The position numbers and the translations under genes are program-made. Shown here piece by piece: positions 1-8,230 of a stretch of 38,552 nucleotides of DNA. Below the pieces are notes generated by a model that saw only the letters and a list, made by a program, of their open reading frames with translations, was not told the origin of the DNA and ran no database searches. Every line of letters starts with the position of its first letter. Position 1 is the first letter of the stretch. The stretch is taken from the sequence record MN481366.1, one strand, 5' to 3'. This DNA is from Escherichia phage vB_EcoP_PHB20.

Positions 1-47
1 TGAAATTAGTGATACAGGTCTAAGTATCTGATTCTAGACCATTATTC

Positions 48-70
48 TAATTCGACTCACTATAGGGAGA
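48..70 (+). promoter_or_regulatory. T7 RNAP promoter, phiOR-like (right-end promoter upstream of gene 19.5)
   Basis: taattcgactcactatagggaga matches the 23-bp T7 consensus with one mismatch at -13; +1 G at 65. Confidence 0.75.
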
Positions 71-164
71 AGCCTACCTAAAGATAACTATAAGACTTAA
101 AGTGTCCTATAAGGTAGGTTGTTATTATGATTATTAATACAACCAACATAAAGGGAGGAGACTC

Positions 165-314
165 ATGTTCCGCTTATTGTTGAACCTACTGCGGCATAGA
201 GTCACATACCGCTTTCTTATGGTACTTTGTGCTGCCCTTGGTTATGCAGCTTTTAGTGGGGACCTCAGTTCGCTGGAGTCTACCGTTTGCTCTTTACTCA
301 CTTGTATTGATTAA
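165..314 (+). CDS. 19.5: gene 19.5 protein (49 aa, small hydrophobic right-end protein)
   Basis: ATG 165 preceded by aagggaggag; translation MFRLLLNLLRHRVTYRFLMVLCAALGYAAFSGDLSSLESTVCSLLTCID, near-identical to T7 gp19.5 as recalled; below the 60-aa track cutoff. Confidence 0.8.
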   Translation: MFRLLLNLLRHRVTYRFLMVLCAALGYAAFSGDLSSLESTVCSLLTCID

Positions 315-554
315 GGTCTTACTGACCGACTGATGGCTCACCGAGGGATTCAGCGGTATGATTGCATCACACCACTTCATCCCTATAGAGTCAAGTCCTA
401 AGGTATACCCATAAAGAGCCTCTAATGGTCTATCCGTAAGGTCTATACCTAAAGATAGGCCATCCTATCAGTGGAACCTAAAGAGGGTCCTAGAGAGGGC
501 CTGAGGAGTCCCTAGAGGGTCCTTTAAAATATACCATAAAAATCTGAGTGACTA

Positions 555-704
555 TCTCACAGTTTAAGAACCCAAAGTTCCCCCCATAGGGGTCCCTAAA
601 GCCCAGCCAATCACCTTGAGTCAACTTTCAGTTGACCTTGAGGGGTCCCTAAGGGTTGGGGTTGACCCTTTGGGTGTTACCTTGAGTGTCTCTTCTTGTC
701 CCCT
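555..704. repeat. Terminal repeat homolog (single copy in window; physical genome end / concatemer junction)
   Basis: tctcacag...gtgtctcttcttgtcccct aligns to the 160-bp T7 direct terminal repeat; right-end sequence lies upstream and left-end sequence downstream. Confidence 0.7.
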
Positions 705-711
705 ATCTGTT
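705..711 (+). promoter_or_regulatory. ATCTGTT element (T7 RNAP class II pause/termination signal, CJ-like) at the repeat boundary
   Basis: atctgtt directly after the terminal repeat, same relative position as the T7 concatemer-junction site. Confidence 0.5.
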
Positions 712-932
712 CACCCTCCTAAAGTCACCTCCTAAAGTCACCTCCTAAAGTCACCTCCTAAAGTCACCTCCTAAAGTCACCTCCTAAAGTCACCTCCTAA
801 AGTCACCTCCTAAAGTCACCTCCTAAAGTCACCTCCTAAAGTCACCTCCTAAAGTCACCTCCTAAAGTCACCTCCTAAAGTCACCTCCTAAAGTCACCTC
901 CTAAAGTCACCTCCTAAAGTCACCTCCTAAAG
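711..932. repeat. Tandem array of 13-bp unit TCACCTCCTAAAG (one 14-bp variant then 16 perfect copies)
   Basis: Perfect copies start at 725 and recur every 13 bp to 932; first unit tcaccctcctaaag at 711-724; no spacers. Confidence 0.95.
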
Positions 933-1094
933 CCATTCCTACCGTCTACAGCCTAAAGACCACACTTAAAGACCCATTCAGTCAATCCCTATCTTAAAGT
1001 TTCCCAAAGACCAGACCCAAAGACCATACCCAAAGCTGCCCCGTTGTTACTTATAAAGAGATCACTTTAATCATTATCTTTAATCACTCCCATT

Positions 1095-1117
1095 TAATAT
1101 GACTCACTATAGAGAGA
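1095..1117 (+). promoter_or_regulatory. T7 RNAP promoter, phiOL-like (left-end promoter, off-consensus)
   Basis: taatatgactcactatagagaga; +1 G at 1112; mismatches at -12 and +2. Confidence 0.6.
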
Positions 1118-1172
1118 TTCTACTTAAAGAGGGCCAAAGAGAGAGATTAATCAAAATAATCTTAAAAGAGTG

Positions 1173-1201
1173 TTGACTTAAAGAGTACTAGGGGATATTA
1201 T
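1173..1201 (+). promoter_or_regulatory. Host sigma70 early promoter A1
   Basis: -35 ttgact at 1173-1178, -10 gatatt/tattat near 1194-1201; aligns to the T7 A1 region. Confidence 0.7.
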
Positions 1202-1300
1202 TCATCTCGTCAACGGGACAACGGCCTAAAAGCCACTCCCTGAGATACCGGGGTCAACCGGATAAGTAGACAGCCTGATAAGTCATACGAAAAACAGGCA

Positions 1301-1330
1301 TTGACAACACGAAGTAACATGCAGTAAGAT
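1301..1330 (+). promoter_or_regulatory. Host sigma70 early promoter A2
   Basis: -35 ttgaca 1301-1306, 18-bp spacer, -10 taagat 1325-1330. Confidence 0.75.
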
Positions 1331-1407
1331 ACACAGCGTCAACACGGTAGCACGGTGTCTTCTAGGTGACTTAAGCGCACCACGGCACACAAGGTGAAAC
1401 AAAACGG

Positions 1408-1436
1408 TTGACAACATGCAGTAAACACGGTACGAT
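1408..1436 (+). promoter_or_regulatory. Host sigma70 early promoter A3
   Basis: -35 ttgaca 1408-1413, 17-bp spacer, -10 tacgat 1431-1436. Confidence 0.75.
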
Positions 1437-1554
1437 GTACCACAAGCAGTAAGGGTGTAGGGATAGGAACCGAGAAACCTGCCCGTGACCCGCCAAGGAT
1501 AAGGCACTAGCCATGAGTCGAATTCGGTCACTCATCGCATAAAAGAATAACAGG

Positions 1555-1583
1555 TTGACAGCCTCCTTTAAAAGCTGTAAGAT
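1555..1583 (+). promoter_or_regulatory. Additional sigma70-like early promoter inside a ~150-bp segment absent from T7 at this position
   Basis: -35 ttgaca 1555-1560, exact 17-bp spacer, -10 taagat 1578-1583; flanks partly duplicate the A3 -10 region (gta[c/a]gatgtaccac). Confidence 0.55.
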
Positions 1584-1704
1584 GTACCACGAAATGACGG
1601 AACAGTGAGTCACCACACTGAAAGGTGATGCGGTCTAACGAAACCTGACCAAAGATGATCTTTAACAATCTGGTAAACGGCTCTTGAGTGTACACACGTA
1701 GCAG

Positions 1705-1740
1705 ATAACTCAAGGGTATCGCAAGGTGCCCTTTATGATA
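1705..1740 (+). promoter_or_regulatory. RNase III processing hairpin R0.3
   Basis: ataactcaagggtatcgcaaggtgccctttatgat, the T7-type actcaagg...ggcc hairpin just upstream of gene 0.3. Confidence 0.6.
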
Positions 1741-1770
1741 TCCACTAACAACACTATGAGGTAACACACA

Positions 1771-2133
1771 ATGGCTATGTCTAACATGACTTACAACAAC
1801 GTTTTCGATCACGCTTACGAAATGCTGAAAGAAAACATCCGTTATGATGACATCCGTGACGCTGATGATCTGCACGATGCAGTGCATATGGCAGCTGATA
1901 ATGCCGTTCCGCACTATTACAGCGACATTTTCAGCGTAATGGCAAGCGAGGGCATTGACCTTGAGTTCGAAGACTCTGGTCTGATGCCGGACACCAAGGA
2001 CGTAATCCGTATCCTGCAAGCACGTATCTATGAGCAATTAACGATTGACCTTTGGGAAGACGCTGAAGATTTGCTGAACGAGTATCTTGAGGAAGTCGAA
2101 GAGTCTGAAGAGTACGAAGAGGACGAAGAGTAA
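1771..2133 (+). CDS. 0.3: Ocr, DNA-mimic anti-restriction protein (gp0.3)
   Basis: 120-aa [25 protein letters not shown]... with acidic C-terminus; near-identical to T7 Ocr as recalled; first gene after the A promoters. Confidence 0.95.
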   Translation: MAMSNMTYNNVFDHAYEMLKENIRYDDIRDADDLHDAVHMAADNAVPHYYSDIFSVMASEGIDLEFEDSGLMPDTKDVIRILQARIYEQLTIDLWEDAEDLLNEYLEEVEESEEYEEDEE

Positions 2134-2288
2134 TGACTACTAACAACGTGCAATATGGTCTGACCGCTCAAACTGTACTGTTCTATAGCGACATGGTGCG
2201 CTGTGGCTTTAACTGGGCGCTCGCAATGGAACACCTTAAGGAACTGTACGAAAACAACAAGGCAATAGCCTTGGAGTCTGCTGAGTGA
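2133..2288 (+). CDS. 0.4: gp0.4 (51 aa; FtsZ inhibitor in T7)
   Basis: ATG overlaps the 0.3 stop (taATGa); [51 protein letters not shown]; below track cutoff. Confidence 0.8.
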   Translation: MTTNNVQYGLTAQTVLFYSDMVRCGFNWALAMEHLKELYENNKAIALESAE

Positions 2289-2321
2289 TAAACTCAAGGT
2301 CGCTCCTAGCGAGTGGCCTTC
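2289..2321 (+). promoter_or_regulatory. RNase III processing hairpin R0.5
   Basis: taaactcaaggtcgctcctagcgagtggcctt imperfect hairpin. Confidence 0.55.
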
Positions 2322-2483
2322 ATGATTATCACTTTACTTACGGGAGTAATGCATATGTTCACTATCGGTCTACTAACCGCTCTGGGTCTAGCTGTAGGAG
2401 CATCCTTTGGGAAGTCTTTGGGCGTAGCTGTAGGCGCTTACTTGGTCGCTTGTATCATTACGGGAGCACTGCGCAAATGCTGA
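2322..2483 (+). CDS. 0.5: gp0.5-like small membrane protein (53 aa)
   Basis: ATG 2322; hydrophobic MIITLLTGVMHMFTIGLLTALGLAVGASFGKSLGVAVGAYLVACIITGALRKC; position matches T7 0.5. Confidence 0.6.
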   Translation: MIITLLTGVMHMFTIGLLTALGLAVGASFGKSLGVAVGAYLVACIITGALRKC

Positions 2484-2554
2484 AACACTACGTTATGCCT
2501 ATCCACACCAAGAACGGTGCTACAGTTTGCACACCTGATGGCTTCGCAATGTAA
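2477..2554 (+). CDS. 0.6: gene 0.6-like short ORF (25 aa) ending at an in-frame TAA, followed by a 19-codon coding-like continuation to 2614
   Basis: MLKHYVMPIHTKNGATVCTPDGFAM then TAA, then in-frame QRIERLKRELRTNRKLNNI and a second stop. Confidence 0.4.
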   Translation: MLKHYVMPIHTKNGATVCTPDGFAM

Positions 2555-2641
2555 CAACGAATCGAACGCCTTAAGCGTGAACTGCGCACCAATCGCAAGC
2601 TCAACAATATCTAATCACATTAACACTGGAGAATGCACAAA

Positions 2642-3721
2642 GTGAACGCTATCGACATCATGAGCGCTATCGACGCAATAAAAGCACTGCCAATCTGTGA
2701 ACTTGAGAAGCATCAAGGTATGCTCATTGATTTTCTGGTTGAGATGGTCAACAGCGAAACGTGTGACGGTGAGATCACCAAGCTGGACAAGCCGCTTGAA
2801 TTCCAAGACTGGTGGACTACCTTAAAGTGCTTGACTGCGGACGCTGGATTTACGATGCTTGGTAATGGGCACTTCTCCGCTGCATATAGCCACCTACTGC
2901 TGCCTAACAGAGTGATTAAGGTGGGCTTTAAGAAAGAGGACTCAGGCGCTGCGTATACCGCATTCTGCCGCATGTATCAGGGTCGTGCTGGTATCCCTAA
3001 CGTCTACGATGTACAGCGTCACGCTGGATGCTATACGGTGGTATTGGATGCACTGAATGATTGCGAGCGTTTCGACAACGATGAGTGTTATAAATACGCT
3101 GAGATTGCAAGCGACATCATTGACTACAAATCCAATGAGCACGATATGTTAACTGGGTGGGATGGCGAGTTCGTCGAGACTTGCAAGCTAATCCGCAAGT
3201 TCTTTGAGGGCATCGCTTCGTTCGACATGCACAGCGGGAACATTATGTTCAGTGACGATGGTACGCCTTTCATTACCGACCCTGTGTCATTCTCACAGAA
3301 GAAAGACGGTGACGCATTCAGCATTGACCCTGAGGAACTCATCAAGGAAGTCGAGGAGGTCGCACACCAGAGAGCAATCGACCGCGATAAGGAACGTAAA
3401 GCACGTCATGTGGGTCGATTGGAGGCACGTAAAGTAAAGCGCCGTAACCGTAAGGCGCGTAAAGCACACCAAGAGAAGCACAAGCGAATGGTTGCTGCGT
3501 GGCGTATGGCTGAGCGCCAAGAACGACGTAACCATGAGGTAGCTGTAGACGTACTGGGAAGAACCAATAACGCTATGCTCTGGGTTAACATGTTCGCTGG
3601 GGACTTTAAGGCTCTTGAGGAACGAATTGCGGCGCACTGGTTTCAAGCTGACCGAATGGCTATCGCTAACGGTCTTCCGCTCAACATCGACAAGCAACTT
3701 GACGCAATGCTAATGGGCTGA
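2642..3721 (+). CDS. 0.7: gp0.7 serine/threonine protein kinase, host shut-off
   Basis: Track ORF 2633..3721; GTG at 2642 gives 359 aa as in T7 and better SD spacing (ggag 11 nt upstream); high identity to T7 gp0.7 as recalled. Confidence 0.9.
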   Translation: MNAIDIMSAIDAIKALPICELEKHQGMLIDFLVEMVNSETCDGEITKLDKPLEFQDWWTTLKCLTADAGFTMLGNGHFSAAYSHLLLPNRVIKVGFKKEDSGAAYTAFCRMYQGRAGIPNVYDVQRHAGCYTVVLDALNDCERFDNDECYKYAEIASDIIDYKSNEHDMLTGWDGEFVETCKLIRKFFEGIASFDMHSGNIMFSDDGTPFITDPVSFSQKKDGDAFSIDPEELIKEVEEVAHQRAIDRDKERKARHVGRLEARKVKRRNRKARKAHQEKHKRMVAAWRMAERQERRNHEVAVDVLGRTNNAMLWVNMFAGDFKALEERIAAHWFQADRMAIANGLPLNIDKQLDAMLMG

Positions 3722-3770
3722 TAGTCTTATCTTACAGGTCATCTGACTGGGGGTGGCCTGAATAGATACG
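3722..3770 (+). promoter_or_regulatory. RNase III processing site R1 upstream of gene 1
   Basis: tagtcttatcttacaggtcatctgactgggggtggcctgaatag hairpin, as before T7 gene 1. Confidence 0.5.
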
Positions 3771-3795
3771 ATTTACTAACTGGAAGAGGCACTAA

Positions 3796-6447
3796 ATGAA
3801 CACAATTAACATCGCTAAGAACGACTTCTCTGACATCGAACTGGCTGCTATCCCGTTCAACACTCTGGCTGACCATTACGGTGAGCGTTTGGCTCGCGAA
3901 CAGTTGGCCCTTGAGCATGAGTCTTACGAGATGGGTGAAGCACGCTTCTGCAAGATGTTTGAGCGTCAACTTAAAGCTGGTGAGGTTGCGGATAACGCTG
4001 CCGCTAAGCCTCTCATTACTACCCTGCTCCCTAAGATGATTGCGCGCATCAACGACTGGTTTGAGGAAGTGAAAGCTAAGCGCGGCAAGCGCCCGACAGC
4101 CTTCCAGTTCCTGCAAGAAATCAAGCCGGAAGCTGTAGCGTACATCACCATTAAGACCACTCTGGCTTGCCTAACTAGCGCAGACAATACAACCGTTCAG
4201 GCTGTAGCAAGCGCAATCGGTCGGGCCATTGAGGATGAGTCGCGCTTCGGTCGCATCCGTGACCTTGAAGCTAAGCACTTCAAGAAAAACGTTGAGGAAC
4301 AACTAAACAAGCGCGTAGGGCACGTCTACAAGAAAGCATTCATGCAGGTTGTCGAAGCTGACATGCTCTCTAAGGGTCTGATGGGTGGCGAGGCGTGGTC
4401 TTCGTGGCATAAGGAAGACTCAATTCACGTTGGGGTGCGCTGCATTGAGATGCTCATTGAGTCAACCGGAATGGTTAGCTTACATCGTCAAAACGCTGGC
4501 GTAGTGGGGCAAGACTCTGAGACTATCGAACTCGCGCCGGAATACGCTGAGGCTATCGCTACTCGCGCTGGGGCACTAGCGGGCATTTCCCCAATGTTCC
4601 AGCCTTGCGTAGTCCCTCCTAAGCCTTGGACTGGCATTACTGGTGGTGGCTATTGGGCTAACGGTCGCCGTCCTCTGGCGCTGGTACGCACTCATTTTAA
4701 GAAAGCACTGATGCGCTACGAAGATGTTTACATGCCTGAGGTGTACAAGGCGATTAACATTGCGCAAAACACCGCATGGAAAATCAACAAGAAAGTCCTA
4801 GCGGTCGCCAACGTAATCACCAAGTGGAAGCACTGCCCTGTAGAGGACATCCCAGCGATTGAGCGTGAAGAACTCCCGATGAAACCGGAAGACATCGACA
4901 CGAATCCTGAGGCACTCACCGCGTGGAAACGTGCTGCTGCCGCTGTGTACCGTAAGGACAAGGCTCGCAAGTCTCGCCGTATCAGCCTTGAGTTCATGCT
5001 TGAGCAAGCCAACAAGTTCGCTAACCATGAGGCCATCTGGTTCCCTTACAACATGGACTGGCGCGGTCGTGTTTACGCGGTGTCAATGTTCAACCCGCAA
5101 GGTAACGACATGACCAAGGGACTGCTGACGCTGGCTAAAGGTAAACCAATCGGTAAAGAGGGTTACTACTGGCTGAAAATCCACGGTGCAAACTGTGCGG
5201 GTGTCGATAAGGTTCCGTTCCCGGAGCGCATCAAGTTCATTGAGGACAACCACGAGAACATCATGGCTTGCGCTAAGTCTCCACTGGAGAACACTTGGTG
5301 GGCTGAGCAGGATTCACCATTCTGCTTCCTCGCGTTCTGCTTTGAGTACGCTGGGGTACAGCACCACGGCCTGAGCTACAACTGCTCGCTGCCTCTGGCG
5401 TTCGATGGGTCTTGCTCTGGTATTCAACACTTCTCCGCGATGCTCCGCGATGAGGTGGGTGGTCTTGCTGTTAACCTACTGCCTAGTGAAACCGTTCAGG
5501 ACATCTACGGGATTGTTGCCAAGAAAGTCAACGTGATTCTGCAAGAAGACGTAATCAACGGGACCGACAACGAAGTAGTTACCGTGACTGATGAGAACAC
5601 TGGCGAAATCTCTGAGAAAGTTAAGCTGGGTACTAAGGCACTGGCTGGTCAATGGCTGGCTTACGGTGTAACTCGTAGCGTGACTAAGCGTTCAGTCATG
5701 ACGCTGGCTTACGGGTCCAAAGAGTTCGGCTTCCGTCAACAAGTGCTGGAAGATACCATTCAGCCAGCTATCGATTCCGGCAAGGGTCTGATGTTTACTC
5801 AGCCGAATCAGGCTGCTGGGTACATGGCTAAGCTGATTTGGGAAGCTGTAAGTGTGACTGTGGTGGCTGCGGTTGAAGCGATGAACTGGCTTAAGTCTGC
5901 TGCTAAACTTCTGGCTGCTGAGGTCAAAGATAAGAAGACTGGAGAGATTCTTCGCAAGCGTTGCGCTGTGCATTGGGTGACTCCTGATGGCTTCCCTGTG
6001 TGGCAGGAATACAAGAAGCCCATCCAGACTCGCTTGAACCTGATTTTCCTCGGTCAGTTCCGTCTACAGCCTACCATTAACACAAACAAGGATAGTGAGA
6101 TTGACACACACAAACAGGAGTCCGGTATCGCTCCTAACTTTGTGCATAGCCAAGATGGTAGCCACCTGCGTAAGACTGTAGCGTGGGCGCATGAGAAGTA
6201 CGGAATCGAATCGTTTGCACTGATTCACGACTCCTTCGGGACCATTCCGGCTGACGCTGCCAACCTGTTCAAAGCTGTACGTGAAACTATGGTTGACACC
6301 TATGAGTCTTGCGATGTACTGGCTGACTTCTACGACCAGTTCGCTGACCAGTTGCACGAGTCTCAATTGGACAAAATGCCAGCACTTCCGGCTAAAGGTA
6401 ACTTGAATCTCCAAGACATCCTTAAGTCAGACTTCGCGTTTGCGTAA
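3796..6447 (+). CDS. 1: T7-type single-subunit DNA-dependent RNA polymerase (gp1)
   Basis: 883-aa ORF MNTINIAKNDFSDIELAAIPFNTLADHYGERLAREQ...; same length as and near-identical to T7 RNAP as recalled; consistent with T7-specificity promoters throughout. Confidence 0.98.
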   Translation: MNTINIAKNDFSDIELAAIPFNTLADHYGERLAREQLALEHESYEMGEARFCKMFERQLKAGEVADNAAAKPLITTLLPKMIARINDWFEEVKAKRGKRPTAFQFLQEIKPEAVAYITIKTTLACLTSADNTTVQAVASAIGRAIEDESRFGRIRDLEAKHFKKNVEEQLNKRVGHVYKKAFMQVVEADMLSKGLMGGEAWSSWHKEDSIHVGVRCIEMLIESTGMVSLHRQNAGVVGQDSETIELAPEYAEAIATRAGALAGISPMFQPCVVPPKPWTGITGGGYWANGRRPLALVRTHFKKALMRYEDVYMPEVYKAINIAQNTAWKINKKVLAVANVITKWKHCPVEDIPAIEREELPMKPEDIDTNPEALTAWKRAAAAVYRKDKARKSRRISLEFMLEQANKFANHEAIWFPYNMDWRGRVYAVSMFNPQGNDMTKGLLTLAKGKPIGKEGYYWLKIHGANCAGVDKVPFPERIKFIEDNHENIMACAKSPLENTWWAEQDSPFCFLAFCFEYAGVQHHGLSYNCSLPLAFDGSCSGIQHFSAMLRDEVGGLAVNLLPSETVQDIYGIVAKKVNVILQEDVINGTDNEVVTVTDENTGEISEKVKLGTKALAGQWLAYGVTRSVTKRSVMTLAYGSKEFGFRQQVLEDTIQPAIDSGKGLMFTQPNQAAGYMAKLIWEAVSVTVVAAVEAMNWLKSAAKLLAAEVKDKKTGEILRKRCAVHWVTPDGFPVWQEYKKPIQTRLNLIFLGQFRLQPTINTNKDSEIDTHKQESGIAPNFVHSQDGSHLRKTVAWAHEKYGIESFALIHDSFGTIPADAANLFKAVRETMVDTYESCDVLADFYDQFADQLHESQLDKMPALPAKGNLNLQDILKSDFAFA

Positions 6448-6455
6448 CGTCACAT

Positions 6456-6478
6456 TAATACGACTCACTATAGAGGGA
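6456..6478 (+). promoter_or_regulatory. T7 RNAP promoter phi1.1A, copy 1
   Basis: taatacgactcactatagaggga; +1 G at 6473. Confidence 0.85.
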
Positions 6479-6529
6479 CAAACTCAAGGTCACTTAATGA
6501 GTGGCCTTTATTATTGACCTTCTTCCGGT

Positions 6530-6552
6530 TAATACGACTCACTATAGAGGGA
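6530..6552 (+). promoter_or_regulatory. T7 RNAP promoter phi1.1A, copy 2 (duplicated)
   Basis: Identical 23-mer; +1 G at 6547. Confidence 0.85.
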
Positions 6553-6603
6553 CAAACTCAAGGTCACTTAATGAGTGGCCTTTATGATTGACCTTCTTCC
6601 GGT

Positions 6604-6626
6604 TAATACGACTCACTATAGGAGAA
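6604..6626 (+). promoter_or_regulatory. T7 RNAP promoter phi1.1B
   Basis: taatacgactcactataggagaa; +1 G at 6621. Confidence 0.85.
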
Positions 6627-6700
6627 CCTTAAGGTTTAACTTTAAGACCCTTAAGTGTTAATTAAAGATTTAAATTAAAGAATTACTAAGAGAGGACTTT
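6627..6700 (+). other. AT-rich region corresponding to the T7 primary origin of replication
   Basis: ccttaaggtttaactttaagacccttaagtgttaattaaagatttaaattaaagaattactaag directly downstream of the phi1.1 promoters, where T7 oriP maps. Confidence 0.5.
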
Positions 6701-6704
6701 AAGT

Positions 6705-6833
6705 ATGCGTAACTTCGAAAAGATGACCAAACGTTCTAACCGTAACGCTCATGACTTCGAGGCAACTAAGGGTCGCAAGTTTAATAAACCATTACGAACC
6801 CGTGCACATAAACGCTGCTGGGAGGGTCAATAA
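6705..6833 (+). CDS. 1.1: gp1.1 (42 aa, basic)
   Basis: ATG 6705 after gagagg SD; MRNFEKMTKRSNRNAHDFEATKGRKFNKPLRTRAHKRCWEGQ. Confidence 0.8.
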   Translation: MRNFEKMTKRSNRNAHDFEATKGRKFNKPLRTRAHKRCWEGQ

Positions 6834-6834
6834 G

Positions 6835-7086
6835 ATGGGACGTTTATATAGTGGGAACTTGAATGACTTCAAGGCTGTTTGCAACAGGCTCTACCAGTTA
6901 GACTTTGCTGTTATAGTTGTTGAGCAGGAAGGTTCACCAAACATAAAGGCGACCATGTACCTTCGGATTGAAGACCGTACTGGTCGCATAGTTGTTCAGG
7001 AGGAGATTCACCACTGCGACGAAGACGTTCTGTACAATATGGGAACCGCTTGGCTGAACCGTATGTACGACCAGTTGAAGCACTAG
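6835..7086 (+). CDS. 1.2: gp1.2, inhibitor of host dGTP triphosphohydrolase
   Basis: Internal ATG of track ORF 6751..7086 with gggagggtcaataag upstream; MGRLYSGNL... 83 aa. Confidence 0.85.
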   Translation: MGRLYSGNLNDFKAVCNRLYQLDFAVIVVEQEGSPNIKATMYLRIEDRTGRIVVQEEIHHCDEDVLYNMGTAWLNRMYDQLKH

Positions 7087-7089
7087 AAG

Positions 7090-7112
7090 TAATACGACTC
7101 AGTATAGGGACA
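7090..7112 (+). promoter_or_regulatory. T7 RNAP promoter phi1.3
   Basis: taatacgactcagtatagggaca (characteristic G at -5); +1 G at 7107. Confidence 0.8.
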
Positions 7113-7113
7113 A

Positions 7114-7148
7114 TGCTTAAGGTCGCTAATTGAGTGGCCTTAGTCATT
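7114..7148 (+). promoter_or_regulatory. RNase III processing hairpin R1.3
   Basis: gcttaaggtcgctaattgagtggccttagtc. Confidence 0.55.
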
Positions 7149-7170
7149 TAACCGATAGGAGATAAACATT

Positions 7171-8193
7171 ATGATGAACATTAAGACCAACCCATTCAAA
7201 GCTGTGTCTTTCGTAGAGTCTGCCATTAAGAAAGCTCTGGATAACGCTGGGTATCTTATCGCTGACATCAAGTACGATGGTGTACGTGGGAACATCTGCG
7301 TAGACAATACCGCTAACAGTTGCTGGCTCTCTCGTGTATCTAAAACGATTCCGGCACTGGAGCACCTAAACGGATTCGATGCACGCTGGAAGCGCCTTCT
7401 GAATGATGACCGTTGCTTCTACAAAGATGGCTTTATGCTTGATGGAGAACTCATGGTCAAGGGAGTAGACTTCAACACTGGGTCTGGCCTACTGCGCACC
7501 AAATGGACTGACACGAAGAACCAAGAGTTCCACGAAGAGTTATTCGTTGAACCAGTCCGTAAGAAAGACAAGGTTCCCTTTAAGCTGCACACTGGACACC
7601 TTCACGTCAAACTGTACGCTATCATCCCTCTGCACATCGTGGAGTCTGGAGAAGACTGCGATGTCATGATGTTACTCATGCAGGAACACGTTAAGAACAT
7701 GCTGCCTCTGCTACAGGAATACTTCCCTGAAATCGAATGGCAAGCGGCTGAGTCTTACGAGGTCTACGACATGGTTGAACTACAGCAACTGTATGAGAAG
7801 AAGCGTGAAGAAGGCCATGAGGGTCTCATTGTGAAAGACCCGATGTGTATCTATAAGCGCGGTAAGAAGTCGGGCTGGTGGAAACTCAAGCCAGAGAACG
7901 AGGCTGACGGTATCATTCAGGGTCTTGTGTGGGGAACCGAAGGTTTAGCGAATGAGGGTAAAGTAATCGGATTTGAGATGCTTCTTGAGAGTGGTCGTGT
8001 AGTCAACGCCACAAACATCTCTCGCACCTTAATGGATGAATTTACTAACACGGTTAGCATCGAAGGCGAAACCTACTACAGCGGACACGCTTGTCAGATT
8101 GCGTACATGGAGGAAACACCCGATGGCTCGCTGCGTCACCCATCATTCGTAATGTTCCGTGGCACCGAGGATAACCCTCAAGAGAAAATGTAA
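7171..8193 (+). CDS. 1.3: ATP-dependent DNA ligase (gp1.3)
   Basis: 340 aa; adenylation motif KYDGVRG; N-terminus as T7 ligase; shorter than the 359-aa T7 protein. Confidence 0.95.
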   Translation: MMNIKTNPFKAVSFVESAIKKALDNAGYLIADIKYDGVRGNICVDNTANSCWLSRVSKTIPALEHLNGFDARWKRLLNDDRCFYKDGFMLDGELMVKGVDFNTGSGLLRTKWTDTKNQEFHEELFVEPVRKKDKVPFKLHTGHLHVKLYAIIPLHIVESGEDCDVMMLLMQEHVKNMLPLLQEYFPEIEWQAAESYEVYDMVELQQLYEKKREEGHEGLIVKDPMCIYKRGKKSGWWKLKPENEADGIIQGLVWGTEGLANEGKVIGFEMLLESGRVVNATNISRTLMDEFTNTVSIEGETYYSGHACQIAYMEETPDGSLRHPSFVMFRGTEDNPQEKM

Positions 8194-8195
8194 AC

Positions 8196-8228
8196 ACACT
8201 GGCTCACCTTAGGGTGGGCCTTTCTGCG
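8196..8228 (+). terminator. Early (host RNAP) rho-independent terminator TE
   Basis: GC-rich hairpin ggctcaccttagggtgggcc followed by tttctgcgttt, immediately after the ligase gene. Confidence 0.75.
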
Positions 8229-8230
8229 TT

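Larger units (their letters stand above)
6455..6602 (+). repeat. Tandem duplication (2 x 74 bp) of the phi1.1A promoter plus R1.1 RNase III hairpin module
   Basis: Two units of taatacgactcactatagagggacaaactcaaggtcacttaatgagtggcctttat[t/g]attgaccttcttccggt differing at one base; phi1.1B follows with the same 74-bp phase. Confidence 0.9.

Noticed and set aside
131-157. Promoter-like ttattaatacaaccaacataaagggaggag upstream of gene 19.5
   Set aside because: Only about 17 of 23 positions match the T7 consensus and the specificity-critical -11 to -7 region is lost; more likely the SD region of 19.5 or a decayed promoter remnant.
711-932. Possible CRISPR array
   Set aside because: The 13-bp units are directly tandem with no spacers and are far shorter than CRISPR repeats; it is a simple tandem repeat.
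2285-2476. 89-aa track ORF 2285..2554
   Set aside because: The upstream part crosses the R0.5 hairpin and overlaps gene 0.5 in another frame; only the last 25 codons from ATG 2477 correspond to a 0.6-like gene.
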